Part shown: positions 21,084-27,929 of the stretch, one piece after another | Numbering within the stretch: position 1 is the first letter of the stretch | Layout: each line of letters starts with the position of its first letter | Assembly (NCBI GenBank): GCA_031414535.1 | Contig: JANNVQ010000038.1 | Span: forward strand, 51,129 to 115,128 | Source of the DNA: Gemmatimonas sp. | Lineage (GTDB): Bacteria > Gemmatimonadota > Gemmatimonadetes > Gemmatimonadales > Gemmatimonadaceae | Reading direction: 5' to 3' | DNA length: 64,000 bases | Notes under the pieces: generated by a model | What the model was told of the DNA's origin: nothing | The model's input: only the letters and a program-made list of their open reading frames with translations | Database searches by the model: none | Program-made: the position numbers and the translations under genes

Positions 21084-21794
21084 TTGCTCCAGCTCTCCTT
21101 ACTGGGCGCCATAACCCTCACGGGTTCTGAGACCGCCCCCGCCTTCCTCTCGCAGACCAAGCGCGTGGCGCTGCTGGCCTATTTGGCGGCTGCCCAGCCC
21201 TTTGGGAGCCACACGCGCGACAAAGTGGCGACGCTGTTCTGGCCTGAGGTAGATCAGAGCGGAGCGCGCGATGCGCTGCGCAAGGCGTTGCATGCTATTC
21301 GCGAAGCCTTGGGCAAGGACGTCATCGTCAACGTCGGCGACGAGAACTTCGAGCTGAACCGCAGCCTGGTGTGGACGGACGTCCAAGCCTTGCACGTGGC
21401 TGGAGAGGCCGGGCAGTATCTGCGCGTGCTCGAGTTGTACAAAGGCGCGCTCATGCCGGGGTTCTTCGCCGACGCGCCTGGCTTTGAGCAGTGGCTCGAG
21501 GACGAGCGCGAGAGCATTCGCCAGACCGCGCTCGGCTACGCGATGAAGTTCCTCGATCAGCTGGAAGCCGAGTCCAACCTCACCATCGCTACGCAGTGGG
21601 TGCGCAAGATTGTGCGGCTCGTGCACTTCGAGGAGCGCATCATTCGCAAGCTGATGAATTTTCTCGTGCGCGTGGGCGCGCGCGCGGACGCGCTCAAGAT
21701 CTACGACGACTTCGCCAAGAAGCTCTTGGCCGAGTTGGGCACCGCGCCGGACACCGAGACACAGGCGCTCGCCGCCAGCATTCGCGGTAAGTAA
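21084..21794 (+). CDS. SARP/BTAD-family transcriptional regulator (winged-helix plus bacterial transcriptional activation domain)
   Basis: KRVALLAYLA...TRDKVATLFWPE...ALRKALHAIREAL is the winged helix. LELYKGALMPGF...FEQWLEDERESIR...IRKLMNFLVRVGARADALKIYDDFAKKLLAELGTAPDTET is the BTAD. The start is uncertain: TTG 21084 gives the typical LLQLSLLG N-terminus, whereas the ATG at 21006 reads through the repeat. Confidence 0.65.
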   Translation: MLQLSLLGAITLTGSETAPAFLSQTKRVALLAYLAAAQPFGSHTRDKVATLFWPEVDQSGARDALRKALHAIREALGKDVIVNVGDENFELNRSLVWTDVQALHVAGEAGQYLRVLELYKGALMPGFFADAPGFEQWLEDERESIRQTALGYAMKFLDQLEAESNLTIATQWVRKIVRLVHFEERIIRKLMNFLVRVGARADALKIYDDFAKKLLAELGTAPDTETQALAASIRGK

Positions 21795-21818
21795 ACCGAC
21801 TCTCGTAAACCGACTCTC
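21791..21818. repeat. Perfect 14-bp tandem direct repeat (GTAAACCGACTCTC x2)
   Basis: Read directly from the sequence. The first copy contains the SARP stop codon TAA. The repeat lies 29 nt upstream of the lipid kinase ATG. Confidence 0.9.
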
Positions 21819-21846
21819 GTGATCCAGCGCCCGTGATTCGCCCTTC

Positions 21847-22785
21847 ATGATTCGCGTCATTTGGAATCCGGCTTCGGGTCGCGGCCGCGGCGCGCGGATG
21901 CACGCTGCCGTGAGGACGGCTTTTGCAAAACATGGCATCACGGACTTTCAGGCTACCACGGCCCCCGGTGACGAAGTACGCCTCGTGCACCAAGCGCTGG
22001 ACGACGGCGCCGAGACAATCGTAGCCATTGGTGGTGACGGGACCTGGGGCAAATGTGCGGTGGCCCTAGCCAAAGCCGGCTCCCCAGCACGCATGGCGTT
22101 TGTGGCGGCTGGAACGGGAAATGACTTTGCCAAGAACCTGCGTGCTCCGGCCGGCGACCTGCATGCGATGGCACAGCTCATTGCCAGCGGAGGCGTGGAA
22201 CGCCGCGTGGATCTGGGCCGCGTGGATGATGCGTGGTTTGCCAACGTCGCCGGATTGGGGTTCGACGTCGCAGTATTGCACGCCACCAAGCGGGTGCGAT
22301 GGCTCCGCGGCCCGTCGGTGTATGTGGTGGCGGCGCTCCGAGAACTGATGGAGTTTCATGGCCTCGAGGCCCGCGTTCAAGGTATGCTCGGCGTGGACCC
22401 CGCTCCGATGCGCAGGCGGCTCATGCTGGTGATCGCCAACGGGAAGGAATTCGGCGGTGCGTTTCGCATCGCCCCTCACGCCCTCGTGGACGACGGTCGG
22501 CTCGATGCAGTGCTCTTCGAAGACGGCATTCGCGCCGGCCGCCTTCCCCTCCTCGCCCGCGCACTCGCGGGCACGCATCTCAAGCATCCCGCGGTTTCGC
22601 ATACGGCTGCGGCGAGCTTCACCATCACCTGTCGTAGCCGTCCGTGGCTGGAACTTGACGGCGAGTTGCATCAGGCCGCAGGAGAGCGCATCACTGTGGC
22701 CTGCGTGCCCGGCGCCCTACGAGTGCTCGACGCAGAAGCGGCGCGCGGTAGCAGTAGCGATAGCGCGCCGCCCCTGCGGAACTAG
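21847..22785 (+). CDS. Diacylglycerol kinase catalytic-domain lipid kinase (YegS/BmrU-like)
   Basis: NPASGRGRG near the N-terminus and the IVAIGGDGTWG motif are typical of DAGK_cat family kinases. 312 aa. Confidence 0.85.
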   Translation: MIRVIWNPASGRGRGARMHAAVRTAFAKHGITDFQATTAPGDEVRLVHQALDDGAETIVAIGGDGTWGKCAVALAKAGSPARMAFVAAGTGNDFAKNLRAPAGDLHAMAQLIASGGVERRVDLGRVDDAWFANVAGLGFDVAVLHATKRVRWLRGPSVYVVAALRELMEFHGLEARVQGMLGVDPAPMRRRLMLVIANGKEFGGAFRIAPHALVDDGRLDAVLFEDGIRAGRLPLLARALAGTHLKHPAVSHTAAASFTITCRSRPWLELDGELHQAAGERITVACVPGALRVLDAEAARGSSSDSAPPLRN

Positions 22786-22820
22786 GCCCCTGCGGACTCG
22801 GCCCGTGCGGAACTAGGCCG
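22775..22820. repeat. Three tandem ~15-bp repeats (TGCGGA(A)CT(A/C)GGCC) spanning a convergent gene junction
   Basis: Read directly. The CTAG in copy 1 provides the TAG stop of the lipid kinase on the + strand. The CTAG in copy 3 provides the TAG stop of the LuxR gene on the - strand. Confidence 0.8.
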
Positions 22821-23310
22821 CGCGGTGGGGCGAGGAAACAGCTTCGTGGTGAAGCGCCTCTCGCAGCAGCACCGCCGCGGCCGCACGCGTGGGCACGCCG
22901 AGCCGCTTGAGCAGGGCCTCCACGTGGCGCCGCACGGTGTGCAAGGAAATACCGAGCTGCTGGGCAATCTCCCGGTTCCTCAGGCCCTGGGCAATCAACT
23001 CGACCACCACGCGTTGACGCGGCGTGAGATCGAGCTGCACCTCATTTTGGCCCCGCTTGGCGAGCACCACTCGGAACGACTGCCCGCAGAGGCGAACCTC
23101 CACACCGACTTTAGACGGCTGGCCCTGCCATGCTAGGGCCTTTGCCCCTTCAGGCGTCGCCGCGAGCAGCGTACCGTTGGGGTCAGTGACGGCGGCGTTC
23201 ACTCCGAGCGAACGCAGGAGTGCGGCCAACTCCGTACCGAGCGCACGGGGCGTGGACGGCAGGGGGCGGCCGGCGAGGGCGAGCGAATTCCTGGACTGCG
23301 ATGCGATCAT
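22813..23310 (-). CDS. Small LuxR-family transcriptional regulator (paralog 1)
   Basis: The C-terminal HTH is LTPRQRVVVELIAQGLRNREIAQQLGISLHTVRRHVEALLKRLGV. An ~90 aa N-terminal domain is shared with the neighbouring paralog. Confidence 0.8.
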   Translation of the reverse strand: MIASQSRNSLALAGRPLPSTPRALGTELAALLRSLGVNAAVTDPNGTLLAATPEGAKALAWQGQPSKVGVEVRLCGQSFRVVLAKRGQNEVQLDLTPRQRVVVELIAQGLRNREIAQQLGISLHTVRRHVEALLKRLGVPTRAAAAVLLREALHHEAVSSPHRAA

Positions 23311-23375
23311 GTGGCGCTCCGGTGGAGGTTACGCCTGAAGGCTACGAGGGTAGAGTTCCCCCTCCGTCCGACGGT

Positions 23376-23397
23376 CGTCCCGGGAGCGTCCCGGGAG
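23376..23397. repeat. Perfect tandem 11-bp direct repeat (CGTCCCGGGAG x2), candidate operator between the two LuxR genes
   Basis: Read directly. Each unit contains the palindrome CCCGGG. The 11-bp period equals about one helical turn. It lies 66-87 nt upstream of the LuxR paralog 1 start. Confidence 0.45.
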
Positions 23398-23424
23398 TGT
23401 TTCGTCAGCTTTTTGCAGCTTCCG

Positions 23425-23862
23425 TCAGCTACGACGTCCGTACTTTTGCATCACGGCCACCGCGCCGGCGCGATTTCGCACGCCGAGTCGGCGGAACATC
23501 TGCTCCAAGTGCCGGCGCACCGTGTGCGTGCTGATCTTGAGGGCCGATGCAATGTCCTTGTTGCGCTTGCCCTGCTCTAGCAGCTTGGCTACGGATAGCT
23601 GCCTCGGGGTTAGATCCAGCGCCCCCGTGCGCCGCAGCACGACTTCCACGCGCAACGAGACGCCGGCCACGCGTGCGGCCGCGACCCGGACGTCTCCCGG
23701 CTCGGCCGCGATCAGTTCGGTCTCGGCGCCCGGGGAGTGGGCGATGACATCCGCCGAGCTGGGATCGCGAATCACGACGTCAAAACCCAAGCGATGCAGA
23801 AGGGCTGAGAGGTCGCTGGCCACCGCCGGCAGGTTGGCCGGATTCAAATTGGTCGGTTGCAT
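23425..23862 (-). CDS. Small LuxR-family transcriptional regulator (paralog 2)
   Basis: The C-terminal HTH is LTPRQLSVAKLLEQGKRNKDIASALKISTHTVRRHLEQMFRRLGV. Its N-terminal segment DLSALLHRLGFDVVIRDPSS parallels ELAALLRSLGVNAAVTDPNG in paralog 1. Confidence 0.8.
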   Translation of the reverse strand: MQPTNLNPANLPAVASDLSALLHRLGFDVVIRDPSSADVIAHSPGAETELIAAEPGDVRVAAARVAGVSLRVEVVLRRTGALDLTPRQLSVAKLLEQGKRNKDIASALKISTHTVRRHLEQMFRRLGVRNRAGAVAVMQKYGRRS

Positions 23863-23998
23863 CGAGAACTATTCCGAGAGCAAAGTGTTCCACCTATGGA
23901 CCTCCTAGGCCCACCTCGTGGTTGGTACATTGGAGTGGGCGCTGTTGCCCACTTTGTGGTGGCAGCGCTCTCCCTTCCCAAAAATTCAGACTCCGACT

Positions 23999-24568
23999 AT
24001 GTCCACACTTTCCTTCCGTGCTCTGACAGCGGCATCGGCCCTGGTCATTTCGACTGCCCTTGGCGCGCAACAAACAGCTGGTACAGGCCTGAACGTCGGC
24101 GACCTTGCACCCGACTTCACGCTTCCGGCGGCAACTATGGTTGGGGTGAGTCAAAACCCCGTCAAACTGTCTGACTTAAGGGGCCAAACCGTTGTCATTG
24201 CGTTCTATCCACGCGCTCGGACCCGCGGCTGCACGGTCCAGATGCAGACGTATCGGGACCAGTACGCCAACGTGTTTAACGGTGGCAGCGGCGTGACGGT
24301 CCTAGCCGTGTCCACCGATCCCGTGGACACCATTGCGGCCTGGGCGAAGGACGAAAAGTTCCCGATGACCTTCCTGAGTGACCGGGAAGCGACCGTGGGC
24401 GCGCTGTACGATGTGAAGTACCCGGCGGCCAACGTGCTTCGGCGCGTGCTCTTTGTTGTGGGCCCGGATGGCCGCATTGCCCACGTGATGCGTCCGTTCT
24501 CCGAACTTTCGGCGGAGTCGTATACCGAGCTCACTGAAGCAGTGCGCAAGACGCGCAGCGGAAACTGA
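23999..24568 (+). CDS. Secreted Bcp-type peroxiredoxin (AhpC/TSA family)
   Basis: Start taken at MSTLSFRALTAASALVISTALGAQQ (signal peptide). VVIAFYPRARTRGCTVQ contains the peroxidatic Cys in a TxxC context. Confidence 0.85.
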   Translation: MSTLSFRALTAASALVISTALGAQQTAGTGLNVGDLAPDFTLPAATMVGVSQNPVKLSDLRGQTVVIAFYPRARTRGCTVQMQTYRDQYANVFNGGSGVTVLAVSTDPVDTIAAWAKDEKFPMTFLSDREATVGALYDVKYPAANVLRRVLFVVGPDGRIAHVMRPFSELSAESYTELTEAVRKTRSGN

Positions 24569-24629
24569 GCTGCGGGCGCTGCTCGATCTCTACGAGGCTG
24601 CGCTCAACGCAGCGGACCCTGCGCTCGCG

Positions 24630-25862
24630 GTGAGGCGTGGCCTCGCAGAGCGCGAGGTCACTCTGGAGCTGGGGCGCGACCGGCCGCATTGGATTATTGC
24701 TTGCGGTAAGGCAGCGAATGCCATGGCCGCTGCGGCCGTGGAGCATTGCAAGAGCAAGGGACTGACCGTTGCTGGGGGGCTTGTCGTGAGCGTTGCTGCC
24801 ACGCCGAGCCCCTCGTTTCCTTCAACAATGGAGTCGCTGGTCGGAGACCACCCCGTACCCGGCTTCAGGTCGCATTACGCGGCGGACCGCTTGGGTGCCC
24901 TGCTCGAGGGCATCGGCCGCGACGACGTGGTGATTGTTTGCATCTCCGGCGGAACGTCGAGCCTCATCGGATCCGCAATCTCCGGCGTGCGCGAGGAAGA
25001 CCTCGCCCAATTGCACGCCTTGTTGCTCGGTGCCGGCGTGCCAATCAATCGCATCAACGCCGTGCGCAAGCGCTTCTCGAGATGGGGCGCCGGGCGGTTG
25101 GCCGCCGCACTCGAGTGCGCACGCGTCATTCCCATCCTGTTGGCGGACGTGCCCAACGAAGATCCCTCGATGATCGGGTCAGGCCCGGTCTCACCGGACC
25201 CGCTCAGCGCTTGGCACGTGGAGCGTATTCTGCGAGACGCAGGACTCGCCAGACAAATCCCGCTCTCGCTCGCCTCTACACTTGGCGCCATGCGCGCTGG
25301 CGCCGTGCCCGAGACGCCGAAGCCTGGCAGTGAAGTCTTTGCCCGAGTTGAAGAGCCCTTCGTTGTTGGCAACTCCGCCGCACTCGACGGCGCCGCGGCC
25401 GCGGCGCAGCGCATGGGCTACGCTCCGGTTCTGTTATCGCTGACGAGTCTCACCGGCGATGCCACCGCGGCCGGCCGCGTACTCGCACACACGCTCGCGC
25501 GCGCGGCGCCGGGGACTTGCCTTATCTGGGGCGGCGAGACCACCGTGCGGCTTCCCGAGAATCACGGGCTCGGTGGGCGCTGCCAGCAGCTCGCGCTCTC
25601 TGCGGCAGAGACATTGGCCGATCTTGGCACCAAGGCTTCCCTCCTCGCCGCTGGCAGCGATGGGCAGGATGGACCAGCGCCTGCGGCAGGCGCCCTTGTG
25701 AGCCACTCGACTTGGGCCTTCAGCAAGGCGCAGGGTGCCGAGCCCCAGCGCGCACTCGAACGCTGCGATGCGTTCGGCGCGCTCGACGCCGCCAAGGCCA
25801 TTTTACCGAGTCGCCTGACCGGTACAAACGTGATGGATATCGTGGTAGCGATACGAGAGTAA
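24630..25862 (+). CDS. MOFRL-family glycerate 2-kinase / hydroxypyruvate reductase-like (DUF4147 + MOFRL)
   Basis: Supporting motifs are IIACGKAANAMA, CISGGTSSL and WGGETTV, plus the C-terminal GTDGxDGP-like AAGSDGQDGP and TGTNVMD. The true start may lie upstream of GTG 24630 (see findings). Confidence 0.8.
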   Translation: MRRGLAEREVTLELGRDRPHWIIACGKAANAMAAAAVEHCKSKGLTVAGGLVVSVAATPSPSFPSTMESLVGDHPVPGFRSHYAADRLGALLEGIGRDDVVIVCISGGTSSLIGSAISGVREEDLAQLHALLLGAGVPINRINAVRKRFSRWGAGRLAAALECARVIPILLADVPNEDPSMIGSGPVSPDPLSAWHVERILRDAGLARQIPLSLASTLGAMRAGAVPETPKPGSEVFARVEEPFVVGNSAALDGAAAAAQRMGYAPVLLSLTSLTGDATAAGRVLAHTLARAAPGTCLIWGGETTVRLPENHGLGGRCQQLALSAAETLADLGTKASLLAAGSDGQDGPAPAAGALVSHSTWAFSKAQGAEPQRALERCDAFGALDAAKAILPSRLTGTNVMDIVVAIRE

Positions 25863-25881
25863 TCGGGCGAAATTCCGCTCC

Positions 25882-26826
25882 ATGAGCCAGGAAACCCGCG
25901 CCCCGTTTACCGTCGCCGTCATTCAGGACGGCGTGCTGGAGACCGCCGAGAAAACTCTCGCCGCCACGATGGTCCGTATCCGTGATGCGGCCGCGAAAGG
26001 CGCGCAGATCATTTGTCTGAAGGAGCTGTTCAACGCACCCTACTTCTGCAAGAAGCTCGACTCCTCGCGCTTTGATCTCGCGGAACCAGTAGGCGGCGCG
26101 ACGGTCACCTCCTTGCAGAAGCTCGCGCAGGAACTGGCCGTCGTGCTCGTGGTGCCCATCTATGAGAAGCAGGGCCCGGGCGTGTACCGCAACTCTGCCG
26201 TGGTGATTGATGCCGACGGCACGTCTCTCGGTGTGTATCGCAAGATGCACATCCCGCACGATCCGATGTTTGAGGAGAAGTACTACTTCGCACCGGGGGA
26301 GAGTGACGCACCGGTGCAGCCGCCTGGCCTGCGTGGCCCCGATGGCGAGGCCGGCGGCTTTATGGTCTGGAAGACGCGCTACGCCACCATTGGCGTGCTC
26401 ATCTGCTGGGACCAGTGGTACCCTGAGGGCGCGCGCATCACCTCATTGCTGGGCGCCGACATTCTGTTTTATCCCACGGCCATCGGTTGGCATCCGGCGG
26501 AGAAGGCTGAGTGGGGCGCCGCTCAGGTGGATGCCTGGCGCACGGCGCAGCGTGCACACGCGATCGCCAACGGCGTGTTCGTGGCGGCACCAAACCGCGT
26601 GGGCCTCGAGCCCGAAGCCGGCACGGATGGCATCGAGTTCTTTGGCCATTCGTTCATCGTAGATCCGTACGGGCGCTATCTCGCGCAGGCGGAGACGGGC
26701 GAGCACACCCTGATTGCGACGTGCGATCCGGCGCTCATCGAATACACGCGTCGCAACTGGCCGTTTTTGCGCGACCGGCGCGTGGATGCCTACGAGCCGA
26801 TTCTTTCACGTTGGATTGGAAGTTGA
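25882..26826 (+). CDS. aguB: N-carbamoylputrescine amidase (carbon-nitrogen hydrolase)
   Basis: The CN-hydrolase catalytic context is ICWDQWYPEGAR (Cys). KMHIPHDPMFEEKYYFAPG and ANGVFVAAPNRVG are typical of AguB/CPA. It sits directly next to the agmatine deiminase gene. Confidence 0.85.
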   Translation: MSQETRAPFTVAVIQDGVLETAEKTLAATMVRIRDAAAKGAQIICLKELFNAPYFCKKLDSSRFDLAEPVGGATVTSLQKLAQELAVVLVVPIYEKQGPGVYRNSAVVIDADGTSLGVYRKMHIPHDPMFEEKYYFAPGESDAPVQPPGLRGPDGEAGGFMVWKTRYATIGVLICWDQWYPEGARITSLLGADILFYPTAIGWHPAEKAEWGAAQVDAWRTAQRAHAIANGVFVAAPNRVGLEPEAGTDGIEFFGHSFIVDPYGRYLAQAETGEHTLIATCDPALIEYTRRNWPFLRDRRVDAYEPILSRWIGS

Positions 26827-27929
26827 GCGCGTCGAAGAAAGCAGCCCCGCAGGCGCCATCTGTTGGTGTGCGTTGGCCGGCCGAGTGGGAGCGGCACGAC
26901 GCGACCTGGATTTCTTGGCCGCATCACGAGCCAGATTGGCCCGGTAAGTTCGGTCCAATCCCTTGGGTCTATGCGGAGATTGCGCGCACGCTGGCCGAGC
27001 ACGAACGCGTGCACATCCTCGTCAACGACGAGAAGACCGAAGAGGAAGCCTGGCATGCGCTGCGCATGCATGAGGTGAAGCAGGGCCGCATCCATCTGCA
27101 CCTCTGCCCCAGCGACCGCGTGTGGTTGCGCGACTCGGCGCCCACCTTCGTGCACAATCACGATGGGGAGGTGCAGGCCGTGAACTGGGGATTCAACGCC
27201 TGGGCCAAGTACGACAACTACCACCGCGACGCGGAGATTGGGGCGTTTGTCGCTGCGCACACAGGCCTGCCGCTCATTGAGCCGCAGCGCCACGACGGCA
27301 AGGGCCGCGTGATCCTTGAGGGTGGCGGCATCGAAACGGATGGCCGCGGCACGATGCTCGTCACTGAAGAGTGGTTGCTCACAGACGTGCAGGTGCGGAA
27401 CCCGGGGTTCTCGCGCGCCGATTACGAACAGATGTTCGCCGAGACCTTGGGCATTTCCAAGACTATCTGGCTGGGCGAAGGTTGCGTGGGCGACGACACC
27501 CACGGCCACGTGGATGACATCGCGCGGTTCGTCGCACCGGGCGTGATGGTGCTCGCGCACGAGGAAGACCCAGCCGACGAGAATCACGCCCGTTCTCTGG
27601 ACAACGTCCGACGCCTCCAAAGCGCGACCGACGCCGAAGGCAATCCCATGCGCGTCGTCACGCTGCCGTACCCGCGACCCGTGGTGATGGATGGCACGCG
27701 TTTGCCGGCGAGCTACGCCAACTTCTACATCGCGAACGGGGTAGTCATCGTGCCCACGTTCAACGATGCCAACGACCGCATCGCCCTGAACACCCTCGCG
27801 GAGCTTATGCCCGAGCGGCAAATTGTGGGCATCCACGCCGTGGACCTGGTTTGGGGACTCGGCACCCTGCACTGCCTCACGCAACAGCAGCCCGCGGCTC
27901 GCCACGGCCGCGGCAAGGCGAAGGGATGA
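26823..27929 (+). CDS. aguA: Agmatine deiminase
   Basis: Start taken at TTG 26823 (a TTGA overlap with the aguB stop). RWPAEWERHDATWISWPH, GDDTHGHVDDIARF and the C-terminal GLGTLHCLTQQQP (catalytic Cys) match the PAD_porph agmatine deiminases. Confidence 0.85.
   Translation: MSASKKAAPQAPSVGVRWPAEWERHDATWISWPHHEPDWPGKFGPIPWVYAEIARTLAEHERVHILVNDEKTEEEAWHALRMHEVKQGRIHLHLCPSDRVWLRDSAPTFVHNHDGEVQAVNWGFNAWAKYDNYHRDAEIGAFVAAHTGLPLIEPQRHDGKGRVILEGGGIETDGRGTMLVTEEWLLTDVQVRNPGFSRADYEQMFAETLGISKTIWLGEGCVGDDTHGHVDDIARFVAPGVMVLAHEEDPADENHARSLDNVRRLQSATDAEGNPMRVVTLPYPRPVVMDGTRLPASYANFYIANGVVIVPTFNDANDRIALNTLAELMPERQIVGIHAVDLVWGLGTLHCLTQQQPAARHGRGKAKG

Noticed and set aside
20924-21130. The ORF 20924..21130 (68 aa) and the ATG-21006 N-terminal extension of the SARP regulator.
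   Set aside because: Both are Ser/Leu/Phe-rich translations of the pyrimidine-rich repeat arm and show no protein-like features. A TTG at 21084 gives a typical SARP N-terminus.
23935-23952. A small hairpin GTGGGC-GCTGTT-GCCCAC followed by TTTG, upstream of the peroxiredoxin gene, considered as an attenuator or terminator.
   Set aside because: The stem is only 6 bp. No upstream + strand gene needs terminating there, and the hairpin lies within the discarded N-terminal ORF extension. Support is too weak.
26511-26822. N-terminal extensions offered by the ORF track. These are 26511 for aguA, 44206 for the T2SSF-like gene, 42104 for the small lipoprotein and 8308 for the NTF2-like gene. Also 27851 for the kinase, 18020 for acnA, 55372 for serA, 54413 for M48 and 63774 for tricorn.
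   Set aside because: The extensions overlap upstream genes extensively or encode Arg/Gly/Pro-rich junk. Internal starts give signal peptides, family-typical N-termini or 4-nt stop/start overlaps.
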